A stretch of 64,000 nt of DNA from an uncultured Verrucomicrobiae bacterium (GCA_963813025.1 CAWEXO010000016.1:43082-107081); one strand, 5' to 3'; positions 9,858 through 20,045 are shown, counted from the first letter of the stretch. The notes: generated from the sequence alone by a model not told the origin. Numbers and translations: made by a program.

Positions 9858-10499
9858 TTGCAGCGCGTCGATTATCCGCCTCTTTTTCAAGAGCTTATTC
9901 GGGAACTTCGGCGAATGCCCGGAATCGGCCCACGCAGCGCCGAACGGATCGCGCTATGGATGGTGCAGGCGCGCGACGCGCGTTCGCCGGAAATTGCACA
10001 GGCCATTGCGCGGTGTGCCACTGGGATCAGGAACTGCGTAAAGTGCGGTTTTTTTTCGGAGCAGGAACTCTGTGTCATTTGTTCCGATACCGCCCGGGAC
10101 AGTGGGATGCTGTGTGTAGTGGAACAGCCAACCGATATTCTGCCGTTGGAGCGGACAGCGACTTATCGAGGGCTTTATCACTCCCTAGGCGGAAAATTAT
10201 CTCCGCTCGACCATATCGGAGCCGGCGACCTGCGAATCGATGAATTGATCCGGCGAGTTGCGCAGGAGCAACCGCGCGAAGTAATTCTGGCAACCGGCGC
10301 GGATGTCGAGGGCGAAGCAACGGCGAACTATCTGGCGGACTTGTTGAGTGAACGCGAACTCAGGCTTACCCGGATTGCCCAAGGTCTTCCGGCCGGTCTT
10401 GGGCTGGAGAGCGTCGATGAACTCACGATCGCCCGGGCTTTCAACGGACGGGTGACGATCACTGGCACTGGCACTGACACTGACATTGACACTAGCTGA
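9858..10499 (+). CDS. recR: recombination mediator RecR
   Basis: LRRMPGIGPRSAERIA HhH, C4 zinc finger, Toprim region CVVEQ...YHSLGG.LSP...EGEATA. Confidence 0.95.
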   Translation: MQRVDYPPLFQELIRELRRMPGIGPRSAERIALWMVQARDARSPEIAQAIARCATGIRNCVKCGFFSEQELCVICSDTARDSGMLCVVEQPTDILPLERTATYRGLYHSLGGKLSPLDHIGAGDLRIDELIRRVAQEQPREVILATGADVEGEATANYLADLLSERELRLTRIAQGLPAGLGLESVDELTIARAFNGRVTITGTGTDTDIDTS

Positions 10500-10506
10500 C
10501 AGGACA

Positions 10507-11598
10507 ATGAATGCGTCCAACAAAATCCTGGTCGCCATGTCAGGCGGAGTGGACAGTAGCGTTGCCGCTCTTCTCCTGAATCGCGCCGACGCTTGCGTCG
10601 AGGGGGTTTACATGAAGAACTGGATCAACGAGGAAAAGATCCTCGGTGATTGCCCTTGGCAGCAGGATATCGAGGATGCTCGGGCCGTGGCTGAGACAAT
10701 CGGAATTCCGTTTCGGGTGATGAATCTCATGCAGGAATACCGGCTACGCGTGGTGAACTATCTGATCCAGGGTTACCAGGGAGGGATTACACCCAATCCC
10801 GACGTGATGTGCAACCGGGAGATGAAGTTTGGGGTTTTGCTGGAACTCGCCCGGGCCGCGGGATTCCGCGCGGTTGCGACCGGTCATTATGCGCGGCGCG
10901 TTCAAGCAGCGGATGGTTCATGGAACATTCTGGAGGGAGTGGATAAGCAAAAAGATCAAAGCTATTTTCTCGCGCTTCTTCGACAGGACCAGATCGCCGC
11001 GGCCAGATTCCCGGTCGGCGAGCTATTAAAAAAGGAGGTCCGCCAATCGGCGGAAAATAGCCGGCTGGTCACCGCCAAAAAGAAAGACAGCCAAGGCATT
11101 TGTTTCATTGGCAACGTGCGGATGCGGGATTTTCTGCGCTCGTTTGTCGAGGACAAACCTGGCCTGATTCGGAATCAGTCTGGCGCGGTGATTGGCCAGC
11201 ACAATGGTCTGCATCTTTATACTCTCGGCCAGAAACGGGGGGTAGGTGTTCCTTCCAACACTCGTTATGAATCTTACGCGGTAGTGGAGAAGCGCGCGGC
11301 GAGCAACGAGCTGATTGTTGCTTTTGATCGGCCGGACACCGCGGGTTTGTACGCCAGCAGATGCGGTTTGGCGTCGGTCTCCTTTACAAATCGAGAAATC
11401 CATGACACTGCCCGGCTTTTGGTAAAACCGCGGTATCGAGCCAAAGCGAGTGCAGCGCGTTTTGCCTGGTGCGGGAACGGCCGCGTGGAATTGGAATTTT
11501 CTGAGCCGCAACGCGCTTTGACGCCCGGCCAAATCTGCGCACTGTACGACGGCGAGTTGCTGTTGGGTGGCGGTGTCCTCGAAGAAATCTACGGGTAA
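10507..11598 (+). CDS. mnmA: tRNA-specific 2-thiouridylase MnmA
   Basis: AMSGGVDSSV, TPNPDVMCN.EMKF, ATGHYAR, KDQSYFL, KKDSQGICFIG, TPGQ. Confidence 0.97.
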   Translation: MNASNKILVAMSGGVDSSVAALLLNRADACVEGVYMKNWINEEKILGDCPWQQDIEDARAVAETIGIPFRVMNLMQEYRLRVVNYLIQGYQGGITPNPDVMCNREMKFGVLLELARAAGFRAVATGHYARRVQAADGSWNILEGVDKQKDQSYFLALLRQDQIAAARFPVGELLKKEVRQSAENSRLVTAKKKDSQGICFIGNVRMRDFLRSFVEDKPGLIRNQSGAVIGQHNGLHLYTLGQKRGVGVPSNTRYESYAVVEKRAASNELIVAFDRPDTAGLYASRCGLASVSFTNREIHDTARLLVKPRYRAKASAARFAWCGNGRVELEFSEPQRALTPGQICALYDGELLLGGGVLEEIYG

Positions 11599-11613
11599 GC
11601 CTGCAGCGCTGGC

Positions 11614-11686
11614 AGGACGAGCCGGCGCTCATCCCTACCACGCGCTGATCGCCCCCTGAGCGGTAGGGACCGGCTCCTGTCGGTCC
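11614..11686. repeat. pair of GTAG-type REP-like hairpins between convergent genes
   Basis: ...CCCTACC (inverted GGTAGGG) followed by a GGTAGGGACCG..CGGTCC hairpin. Confidence 0.55.
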
Positions 11687-11753
11687 TTTCCTACTTGGTG
11701 TTGTGAGACAATCTCTAGATTTTCGCCCTGTCGGCGCGGGCCCTAGCGCCAGT

Positions 11754-12629
11754 TTAATATTCCCTTGCCAGCAGGTGATCGGCTAAGCCGTCCAATATTT
11801 CCGCTCGGCGGCCCAGAGGTTTCAAAGCTTTCCGAGCGCTTTCGGTGAGTTCACGCGCAATGAGGCGTGAACGTTCCAGGCCAACCACAGCCGGAAAGGT
11901 CGCTTTCTCCGCAGTCACATCCTTTCCGGCGCTCTTTCCGAGCCGTTCCGACGTCTGCGTAACGTCCAGAATGTCATCGATGACCTGGAAAGCGATGCCG
12001 AGAGCTCTGCCGAAGTCTGAGAGATGGTTGAGTTGACGTAGAGTCGCGTTGGCGCTCATCGCGCCAAGCCGGATCGAGGCCTGGAGAAGAGATGCCGTCT
12101 TTGATTCATGGATAAAGCGGAGCATGGGAAGCGACGTTTTTCGGCCTTCATTTTCCAGGTCGAGCACCTGGCCGGCAATCAGGTGACGGCTACCAGCGGC
12201 GATCGCGAGTTCCTGTACAACTTGGCGCAGCCCATACCTGGGCCAGCCCGGCGCCTGCGCGGCCAGTTCGAATGCGAACGTCAAGAGGGCATCTCCCGCC
12301 AGAACCGCGATGGCTTCACCAAAGACTTTGTGAGAAGTCGGCCGGCCCCGCCGGAAATCATCATCGTCCATGCACGGGAGATCGTCATGGATAAGCGAGT
12401 AGGTGTGAATACACTCAACCCCGCAAGCCAGTGGAAGTGCTTCCTCCGAACGGCCGCCGCACGCTTCGGCTGCGGCCAGACAGAGAATTGGGCGCAAGCG
12501 CTTGCCTCCGGCAAAGATACTGTAGCGCATCGCTTTATGGATCGTTTTTGGTTTGGTGGTGCCGCTCGGGAGAAAGCGGTCCAAGGCTTTGTCCACCAGC
12601 TTCTGGCGGGAATCTAAGTAATCTTTCAT
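11754..12629 (-). CDS. ispA: polyprenyl (farnesyl/geranylgeranyl) diphosphate synthase
   Basis: GGKRLRP, LIHDDLPCMDDDDFRRG, FQVIDDILD, GKSAGKD. Confidence 0.92.
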   Translation of the reverse strand: MKDYLDSRQKLVDKALDRFLPSGTTKPKTIHKAMRYSIFAGGKRLRPILCLAAAEACGGRSEEALPLACGVECIHTYSLIHDDLPCMDDDDFRRGRPTSHKVFGEAIAVLAGDALLTFAFELAAQAPGWPRYGLRQVVQELAIAAGSRHLIAGQVLDLENEGRKTSLPMLRFIHESKTASLLQASIRLGAMSANATLRQLNHLSDFGRALGIAFQVIDDILDVTQTSERLGKSAGKDVTAEKATFPAVVGLERSRLIARELTESARKALKPLGRRAEILDGLADHLLAREY

Positions 12630-12637
12630 GCCTGCAA

Positions 12638-14266
12638 CTATCGGAGATAGCGCTGGGCAATGGGCATGCGCCAGCCTATTCCGAAGGCCAGACTGGTCAC
12701 TTTTAAACCGGGGGCGGCTTGACGACGTTTATACTCGTTGGCATCCACCCGCCGCTGGACCCATCGCACGGTTTCTGGGTCGAATCCTTGCTGGACGATA
12801 TCGTCCGGGCTGAGTTGTTCTTCGACATAGCGTTGCAAGATGGCATCCAGTACCTCATAAGGCGGCAAAGTATCCTGATCAGACTGGTCGAATTTAAGTT
12901 CAGCGCTCGGGGGCTTGCGGATTGAATTTTCCGGGATGATCTCCCGGTCGCGATTTATCCAGTTGGCCAACCTATAGATCATCGTCTTGGGCACGTCACT
13001 GACCACTGCCAGCCCGCCTGCCATGTCCCCATAGATCGTGCAATAACCCACCGCCAATTCGCTTTTATTTCCGGTCGTCAAGAGAAGATGGCCAAACTTG
13101 TTGGACAACGCCATGAGGGTAAGGCCGCGCAACCTCGACTGCATATTTTCCTCGGTAGCGTCCTCCATGAGACCGGCAAAGATCTTCTTGAATTGCCCTT
13201 TAAACACTTCGAAAGGCTCCTTTATTGAGATCACAGAGCGGCTGATCCCGAGGTTGCGCGCGAGTTGCTCGGCATCAATCAGGCTGCCTGGGGAAGAGTA
13301 CTGACTAGGCATGGAGACACCGGTGACGTTTTGTCGACTCAAAGCATCAGCTGCCAGAACCGCGGTGACGGCCGAATCAATGCCGCCGCTCAATCCGAGT
13401 ACCGCGCTGCGGAAGCCGCACTTGGAAAAATAATCCCGAATGCCCAGGAGCAGCGCATGGTAGATCTCCTCTTCAGCCTGCCGAGAAAATGTGTCCTCAC
13501 TTTGTGCGTCCTCCGAAAGCACCGCGACCTCTTCGCGGAATGCGCTCAGCGCGCCCGACGCGATACCGTCCGGCCTGGCTGCAAAGGAATTTCCGTCGAA
13601 GATCAGTTCGTCATTTCCCCCTACCGAATTACAGTAGAAAATAGGGACTTTATATTGCCGGGCGAGCTCACTGACCATCCGAAACCGAAGAGCTGGTTTC
13701 CCCGCGTGGAATGGAGAAGAGCTCAGATTAACGATGAGGTCAGCGCCATGGGACAAGAGTGACGTGACCGGATCCTGCGCATAGAGATCTCGCTTCAGGT
13801 AGGCGTCAGTCCAGATATCTTCGCAAATGGTAACCCCGACGAGGCGGCCGGCCAGGCGAATAGGCACCTGCTCCCGGGCAGGTTCAAAGTACCGAGCCTC
13901 ATCGAAAACGTCATAGGTCGGCAGAAGTGTCTTCCAGGTCTTCGTAATCGGACGTGCCTTCTCCAGCACGGCGCAAGCATTGATAAAGGGCTTTCCGATC
14001 TTTGCTGGATTGAAATCCACGTAGCCTACGAGCAGCGGAACGGGACCGACGACCTGGTGCAAAGCATCCAGCTCAGCCAGCGTCTCTGGGACAAATCGGG
14101 ATTTAAAAACTAGGTCCTGCGGCGGGTAACCGGTCAACGCAAGCTCCGGGGTAAGGACAAGTTCTGCACCGGCGCCGACCGCCCGATCATAGGCGTTTTT
14201 GATCTTGGCGGCATTGCCTCGGAGATCGCCAACTGTCGTATTTATCTGGGCAAAACCAACACGCAT
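12638..14266 (-). CDS. nadE: glutamine-dependent NAD+ synthetase
   Basis: CN-hydrolase domain (PEL.LTGYP, ICEDIW) fused to a synthetase domain (GLSGGIDS, TGNKSE, PPSAEL). Confidence 0.96.
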   Translation of the reverse strand: MRVGFAQINTTVGDLRGNAAKIKNAYDRAVGAGAELVLTPELALTGYPPQDLVFKSRFVPETLAELDALHQVVGPVPLLVGYVDFNPAKIGKPFINACAVLEKARPITKTWKTLLPTYDVFDEARYFEPAREQVPIRLAGRLVGVTICEDIWTDAYLKRDLYAQDPVTSLLSHGADLIVNLSSSPFHAGKPALRFRMVSELARQYKVPIFYCNSVGGNDELIFDGNSFAARPDGIASGALSAFREEVAVLSEDAQSEDTFSRQAEEEIYHALLLGIRDYFSKCGFRSAVLGLSGGIDSAVTAVLAADALSRQNVTGVSMPSQYSSPGSLIDAEQLARNLGISRSVISIKEPFEVFKGQFKKIFAGLMEDATEENMQSRLRGLTLMALSNKFGHLLLTTGNKSELAVGYCTIYGDMAGGLAVVSDVPKTMIYRLANWINRDREIIPENSIRKPPSAELKFDQSDQDTLPPYEVLDAILQRYVEEQLSPDDIVQQGFDPETVRWVQRRVDANEYKRRQAAPGLKVTSLAFGIGWRMPIAQRYLR

Positions 14267-14348
14267 GAGATGACAAAACCTAAATATTGCGAAACTCAGC
14301 GGTAAAGCGAGCGAGGCAGCTAAAAAATTGAGCAGATGGTAGTCAACC

Positions 14349-14530
14349 GAGCGATGGGAGCGGCGGGAGCGGGTCAGCGGAGGGAGAATAGCTTGAAAGT
14401 TGTAGAACTCCCAGGCCGTTGGTTTTCAGGCCTTTGAATACCTCGGCGATGATTGGAGTCGCTCAAGCCGCTCAGGCCGTTCGGTCTGATCTGCTGCACC
14501 TGGCACTGACACTTGGCACTGACACTGATA
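14349..14530. repeat. inverted nonamer tracts (GAGCGG.. / ..CCGCTC) plus GGCACT/GACACT hexamers
   Basis: GAGCG-containing 9-mers at 14349-14380, complementary CGCTC units at 14460-14485, hexamers at 14501-14528. Confidence 0.6.
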
Positions 14531-14532
14531 AT

Positions 14533-15852
14533 TCAGCTTGGCCGGAAGATGAAGTGCAACAAGAACAGCGCGGCTAATGCGATCGAGACTGGAGTGAGTT
14601 CCTTCCAACGACCCAACCCCGCCGTAATGAGTACCTGACTAAAGATGCCGACCGCGATTCCCTCGCTGATACTGAAGGCCAAAGGCATAATGAGCATGGT
14701 CAGCACCGCTGGACAGGCTTTCACAAAGTCCGGCAGGTCCAGTTCAGCGGCGGTTTGCATCATAAAGACCCCGACAATCACCAGCGCGGGCGCCGTAGCC
14801 ACCGCCGGGATCGCGAGGATCAACGGGCTAAAGAACAAGGAGAGCAGAAAACAGACCGCAACCGTGAGCCCGGTGATACCGGTGCGCCCGCCCGCCTCCA
14901 CTCCAGCAGCTGACTCGATATAGCTAGTCGTGCTGGAAGTACCGAGCAGGGAGCTGATAATTGCCGCGCCGGCATCCGCGGCAAGCGCGCGTCCAATCCG
15001 GGGCAGGTTGCCGTTTTCATCAAGAAGACCCGCCCGGCGGCATACGCCGAGCAGTGTGCCCATGTTGTCGAACAGTTCCGTGAAGAGCAGAGCGAGGACG
15101 AGCACGATGCCGGTAAGAAAATGGGTCCAAAGAAATCCCAAATCGAGCTTCAGAAAGGTCGGCGCGAGAGAGGCCGGCGGCGCAACCAGCGAGGAGGGCC
15201 AAGCTGTGATTGCTGCATGATCCGGCCGCTGCGTTCGTATGAACAACCCAGCAACGCTGAGGATGAGAATAGAACAAATGATCGCTCCCGGAACTCGGCG
15301 GCCCACGAGAACAGCGGTCAGCAAAATCCCGGCAAGGGTCAGCACGGGCTCCGGCTGCGAAAACGATCCAAGTTTAACCAGGGTCGTTTGGTCCGCGACA
15401 ATGACGCCTCCGTTTTTCAACCCGATGAAAGCGATGAACAGCCCAATCCCGCAGGTGATCGCCATCTTGAGGTGGTTCGGGATCGCATCGATTATGAGAC
15501 GGCGCAGCCCGGAGATCGAGAGAAGCAAGAACAAAACACCATTGTAGAAGACAAGACCTAGTGCAGCCTCCCAGGGAACCTTCAGCTGGAGGCAGATCGT
15601 AAATGCGAAAAACGCATTTAGCCCCATGCCGGGAGCAAGCGCGATCGGGTAGTCGGTGAGCAGCGCCATTAGCATGGTCGTGATCGCAGCGGAAAGCGCT
15701 GTGGCGGTAAAAACCGCGCCCTTGTCCATACCCGCAAAACCAAGGATCTGGGGATTCACCGCCAGGATGTAGGCCATGGCCGCGAAGGTCGTCAGACCAG
15801 CAACAATTTCCCGGCTATAGAGAGCGGGCCGGGTATCGGAGGTTTTGGGCAT
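14533..15852 (-). CDS. NCS2/AzgA-type guanine-hypoxanthine permease
   Basis: EIVAGLTTF.AMAYIL.VNP, APGMGLNAFF, YIESAAGV.AGGRTG, FSISEGI. Confidence 0.92.
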   Translation of the reverse strand: MPKTSDTRPALYSREIVAGLTTFAAMAYILAVNPQILGFAGMDKGAVFTATALSAAITTMLMALLTDYPIALAPGMGLNAFFAFTICLQLKVPWEAALGLVFYNGVLFLLLSISGLRRLIIDAIPNHLKMAITCGIGLFIAFIGLKNGGVIVADQTTLVKLGSFSQPEPVLTLAGILLTAVLVGRRVPGAIICSILILSVAGLFIRTQRPDHAAITAWPSSLVAPPASLAPTFLKLDLGFLWTHFLTGIVLVLALLFTELFDNMGTLLGVCRRAGLLDENGNLPRIGRALAADAGAAIISSLLGTSSTTSYIESAAGVEAGGRTGITGLTVAVCFLLSLFFSPLILAIPAVATAPALVIVGVFMMQTAAELDLPDFVKACPAVLTMLIMPLAFSISEGIAVGIFSQVLITAGLGRWKELTPVSIALAALFLLHFIFRPS

Positions 15853-15905
15853 GCGCGATCAGGCAATCGGGCGCGAGTGTGCCCATTCTCCAGGACAAAT
15901 GCAAT

Positions 15906-15952
15906 AGCCTGCATCGCTCGAAAATCCCAGGGATTTGCGAGCGATGCAGGCT
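15906..15952. repeat. 47-bp palindromic element AGCCTGCATCGCT...AGCGATGCAGGCT (family D)
   Basis: Near-perfect palindrome; second copy at 52495-52542. Confidence 0.8.
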
Positions 15953-16278
15953 TGCCTCTGCGGCGCGATTGCGCCGCAGAGGTCAAAAGAAGTCGCTAAG
16001 CAGCAGCGCCGGCGCGCTTGGTAAGCGTTGCTCGCCTCCGCGGGCGTCCAGCAGATTCCGTCTGCCAATCCCGTCGGAGCAGCGCGTAGTCGATTTCCGG
16101 AAGCGGCGGCTCGCTCCTCGAAGGTTGTGGTCTGGCCGACGCCAGCAGCTTGCCCTGGCTAGCCAGAGCTAATAATGCGCAGAATTCAATCATTTTATCC
16201 TCCCGTTGGTTTTCCGTCGAACAGTCCCAGTATCCTGGGGGAGGGGGAACAAGGGTGTTCCTTTTGGCGTTATTCGTT

Positions 16279-16545
16279 TCAATGCTGACCGGCCTCGATC
16301 GGTTCTTGCGATTCGTCCATTTGGACCTGCAGCCGGGTATTCAATGCGAGCAGCGAGATAAGGAGGCCGAGAATCATCCCGATTCCAAACAGACTCGCCA
16401 GAGGTTCGAGCGAACTTTGATCCGCTCCCGCAATGAAGACGCGGGCAATTGCCGATAGCGCGAAGACGACAGCACTGGCCACCGCTATAGCGGTCAGGCT
16501 GCTTTTCGTGTCTTCAACATGTCGTTTTGTGATTTCGTGTTCCAT
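16279..16545 (-). CDS. small hypothetical membrane protein (2 TM)
   Basis: SD-like AAGGTGA before ATG 16545; two hydrophobic stretches. Confidence 0.6.
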   Translation of the reverse strand: MEHEITKRHVEDTKSSLTAIAVASAVVFALSAIARVFIAGADQSSLEPLASLFGIGMILGLLISLLALNTRLQVQMDESQEPIEAGQH

Positions 16546-16748
16546 AAGGGTTTCACCTTTCACTTGTGCTCACCACGAAGCGTTTGCTCCGGGTGAAACC
16601 CTCATCAGCAACACTAATTGTCCCCGAACCATTCCCTAATCGGACCAAAAGTCAAACGCTTGCCTTTTTTAGCCGGGCTTGAGCCGCCGGAGGGTCGCGG
16701 CTCGCCTCAGGCCAAAGAAGTTTATAAGTCTTCGGATCATTCTGCGCG

Positions 16749-16784
16749 ATTGGCAGGGCGAGAATTTCATTCGAGCCGCTTTCG
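16749..16784 (+). repeat. REP-like element (family C: GG(T/C)AGGGCGAGAATTTCATTCGAGCC)
   Basis: 35/36 identical to 53643-53678; related to the arms at 42308-42432. Confidence 0.8.
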
Positions 16785-16975
16785 GAGATCCAGGGTCAAG
16801 CGCTTCCGGGCACGAAAACACTTGAGCAATTTCCCGGTTTCCGCATCCATGAGAGAATGAGATGCTTCGGACGAAGCGTCGTCCGTTGGGGGACTATTGA
16901 ACGATCTTGGAACGCAGCGGTCAAGCCCCGCGCGCATCCCCAGAGAACCCGTCGAGGTACGGCCTCGCCAGAACC

Positions 16976-18082
16976 ATGAAATACCTTCTCGCGCCGGACA
17001 AGTTCAAAGGCACGCTGAGCGCACCCGAGGTAAGCGCGGCGATCGCGCAAGTTATTCGCGACGACGATCCCCGGGCAGAAGTGGAAGAAATACCAATCGC
17101 CGATGGCGGCGAAGGCACCGCTGCACTGTTGGCCTTGGAGCTGGGGGCGGAGCGGTTTGTGCGTCCGACTCTCGATCCTCTTGGACATGATATTGAAGCC
17201 GAATTTTTTCTCAAAGATGGCGAAGGCTACGTCGATATGAGCGCCGCTTCCGGTCTGTGGTTGATCGATCCGGCGGACCGGGATCCGTTGGGCGCCTCGA
17301 CTTACGGTACCGGAATCCTGCTTCGCCATCTCATTGAGCTCGGCGCAACCCGGATCAATATCGGGTTAGGCGGCAGCGCCACGATTGATGCCGGTCTAGG
17401 CATGGCCGCCGCCTTGGGTTATGAATTTAGCAATAGTTCAGGTCGGAGGATCGAACCGCTCCCTCGGAACTTCGACTCGATCCAGACCGTACGGTCGCCC
17501 GTCTTTGCTCATCTGCCCAAGGTGGTCGGATTAGCGGATGTAACCAACCGCCTGCTTGGTTCCGCAGGAGCGACCTGTACCTTTGGCCGTCAGAAAGGTC
17601 TTCGTGAGAATCAACTCGCCGAATTTGATAGCGTTTTAAGCCGCTTGGTTACCCGGATAGCAAAATCGCTCGGCACGGATTATTCCGATGTCTCGAGAGC
17701 GGGGGCTGCCGGAGGGTTCGGCTACGGGATCCTGACTTTTCTCCATGGAAGCCTCGTCGGAGGCTTTGATGCCGTTGCGGAGAAACTACGGTTGCCGGAT
17801 CGAATAGCAGAGGCTGATGTTGTCATTACCGGGGAAGGGCGGCTCGATTCGCAGTCGCTGCAAGGCAAAGGCCCGTTCGGCGTCGCTTCGCTGGCCAGAG
17901 CACAAGGTAAACCTGTCTGGGCGGTGGCGGGAATCATTGAGGATGCGGCCGAGGTCAGGGCGGCTTTTGATCGTCTGATCTCGTTTGTCGACGAACACAT
18001 CTCCACACAGGAAGCGCTCGCGAAACCGGCCGAGATCCTTCGGCGCCGCACGCGCGAACTGCTTGCGATGGGAGAAAATTAA
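16976..18082 (+). CDS. glycerate kinase (GlxK/GarK family)
   Basis: APDKFKGTL, PIADGGEGT, GLGGSAT.DAG.GM, GAAGG.G, ITGEGRLDSQS..GK. Confidence 0.93.
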   Translation: MKYLLAPDKFKGTLSAPEVSAAIAQVIRDDDPRAEVEEIPIADGGEGTAALLALELGAERFVRPTLDPLGHDIEAEFFLKDGEGYVDMSAASGLWLIDPADRDPLGASTYGTGILLRHLIELGATRINIGLGGSATIDAGLGMAAALGYEFSNSSGRRIEPLPRNFDSIQTVRSPVFAHLPKVVGLADVTNRLLGSAGATCTFGRQKGLRENQLAEFDSVLSRLVTRIAKSLGTDYSDVSRAGAAGGFGYGILTFLHGSLVGGFDAVAEKLRLPDRIAEADVVITGEGRLDSQSLQGKGPFGVASLARAQGKPVWAVAGIIEDAAEVRAAFDRLISFVDEHISTQEALAKPAEILRRRTRELLAMGEN

Positions 18083-18123
18083 AGCGCTTGGTCGCGTGCC
18101 TTCTCTTTTCTCCGGCACGGCGA

Positions 18124-18618
18124 TCAGCCGATAGCGAAGTTTAAGCCAACCGCGCTCTCCAACGTCGCGCTAGCGGCATGCAGTGAAACCGCCCACGTCT
18201 GATCCCCAACGACTCCGTCCACAGCGACCCCACCCCAAGACTGGAATGCTTCAACTGCTGCTCGCGTGTCCGCCCCGTAGAGTCCGTCGATCCCCTGCGG
18301 AGTTGTGTTCCACTGGCCAGGTGCCCCGTTCGTCAGCACCGTTTGGAGACTGCGGACAACATCGCCGGATGAACCCTCCTGCAGGGTCGGCATCGGACCG
18401 CCATCCGGCAAGGCGTTCCACGTCAGCGGACCGACAATACCATCGACGACCAGGCCAGCCGAATCCTGAAATTGTTTCACCGCCGTCTCGGTTTGAGAAT
18501 CAAACGTGCCAGTGACCGTGAGTCCGAGGTTCGGGGTGCGACGCAGAGCCCGTTGCAAACGCCGAACTGCTTGGCCGGTAGCACCCGGACTTATGGTAGG
18601 CTGACCTGGATTTGGCAG
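18124..18618 (-). CDS. peptidoglycan-binding domain protein (tandem PG_binding_1 repeats)
   Basis: Two repeats ending DGIVGPLTW / DGVVGDQTW; frame stays open upstream to a CTG at 18618 preceded by SD-like AAGGA. Confidence 0.85.
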   Translation of the reverse strand: MPNPGQPTISPGATGQAVRRLQRALRRTPNLGLTVTGTFDSQTETAVKQFQDSAGLVVDGIVGPLTWNALPDGGPMPTLQEGSSGDVVRSLQTVLTNGAPGQWNTTPQGIDGLYGADTRAAVEAFQSWGGVAVDGVVGDQTWAVSLHAASATLESAVGLNFAIG

Positions 18619-18781
18619 AATCTGTCCTTTTGTTGGGGCGGTTAGGGAAAACCGGCATCATGAGCAGTAACTATTTCAAAAATCAACGCTTTCCTGTTAA
18701 AGCTGGTTTTTACCGCAGAAATTCATGGGACTATAGGACCTATGGGACCTATGCGTCTCATAAGTCCTCTATCCTAGGCTA

Positions 18782-19330
18782 ATGGCGAGTGGTTCCCTCA
18801 TCGATCCGCTTTTGCGGCAAGCTTTTTCTGCTCCTCTCCTGCTCCTGTGGCTGAGCGGTGGTCTGGTCCTCTGCGGCGTCCTGTTGTTTCTGATCCGGCA
18901 GATGCATCGACTGTTGCCGGCAAAGGTCTATGTGGAATCGGTCGCCAGCATTTTGACTCCTGCCGAAAGACTCTTTATGCAGAGCCTCGAGATCGCGACC
19001 GATGGGAGGTGGCGGATCTCCTTCAAGGTCCGGGTCGCGGATGTCATTGAGGTAACGAGTACGAATGGCCGGGAACGGCAGCGCCTGTTCCGACGGATCG
19101 CCGCCAAGCATATCGATTTTCTGCTTACCGACCCGGAAACATTCGAGCCAGTATTGGCCCTCGAGCTCGATGATTCTTCGCACGACCGAATCGAACGACG
19201 CCAACGTGACGAATTTCTCGATGAACTCTTCGCCGTCGCTCAGTTGCCGCTCGTGCGGGTCGATGCCGCCAGCCGGTATTCGCCAGACAAGATTTCCCGA
19301 GCTTTGAAGGCGGCACTCGTTGATCGCTAA
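18782..19330 (+). CDS. DUF2726 domain-containing protein
   Basis: N-terminal TM; LTPAE..F, KVRVADV, KHIDFLL, ELDDSSH..R..RDEF. Confidence 0.88.
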   Translation: MASGSLIDPLLRQAFSAPLLLLWLSGGLVLCGVLLFLIRQMHRLLPAKVYVESVASILTPAERLFMQSLEIATDGRWRISFKVRVADVIEVTSTNGRERQRLFRRIAAKHIDFLLTDPETFEPVLALELDDSSHDRIERRQRDEFLDELFAVAQLPLVRVDAASRYSPDKISRALKAALVDR

Positions 19331-19389
19331 TTAAGAGTGCAGGTACTTGGCGCCTTCCTGGTGTGAGATCATGACCTCCTCGGTAAGAC

Positions 19390-19770
19390 TCACCGCCATT
19401 CGGCAAACTTGGAGACCCACGTAAGTTTCGAAGCGTGCGCTTCGTTTTCTGCCACGAGCTCCGAGATTTTTCGGCGAAATTCCGCGACCGACCGGTCATT
19501 CCTCTTTGCGGCATTCGCGATCAAATTGCTGATCATGAATTCCAGGAACACGTTTGATAGCTTCTCCAGGAAAACCACCTCAGGGGCATTTTGTTGGCGT
19601 AAAATCTCGAGATACCGATTCAGTTCGGCCCACAAATTGCTGAGAGCCGCTTGCCGCGAAATCTCGGCCGCTGCCCGAGTCGTTCGCCATAATTGGATTG
19701 AGTAGAACGTGTAGATGATGGTCGAGATCGAGACAGCCGTAGCGAGAATCAAAGAGATATTGGCATTCAT
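19390..19770 (-). CDS. hypothetical protein with N-terminal TM helix
   Basis: ATG 19770 preceded by GAAAGG; hydrophobic N-terminus then helical region. Confidence 0.55.
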   Translation of the reverse strand: MNANISLILATAVSISTIIYTFYSIQLWRTTRAAAEISRQAALSNLWAELNRYLEILRQQNAPEVVFLEKLSNVFLEFMISNLIANAAKRNDRSVAEFRRKISELVAENEAHASKLTWVSKFAEWR

Positions 19771-19850
19771 GTGCGCCTTTCGAAGGGACAGAGGAAATAG
19801 TGTTAAGCAGACGCCGCGTGTGCAAGATGAACAGCAACGCGATAGTAGTC

Positions 19851-20045
19851 TTGGAGTGCGTGCGACTTGTCGCCGCTTTGAGATCGCGCGGAGCGCGCCG
19901 TAGCCGAGTCCGCGAAAGCGAAGGAGGGAACACCCCGCCACAAGTCGGCTCTTCGTTGGAACGCCGGACTCCATGGTACGGTCCTCGATTTGGCTAGCTC
20001 GCGCTCCGCACGAATCCTAAAGCGGCGACCCGCTCGCTGCCGGTC
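19851..20045. repeat. REP/MITE-like inverted element (family B)
   Basis: 19851-19897 closely matches 7010-7056; complementary arm at ~20000-20029. Confidence 0.8.

Noticed and set aside
15853..16000. Purine riboswitch upstream of the NCS2 permease
   Set aside because: Hairpins are present, but one is a family D repeat and no purine-riboswitch consensus was recognisable.
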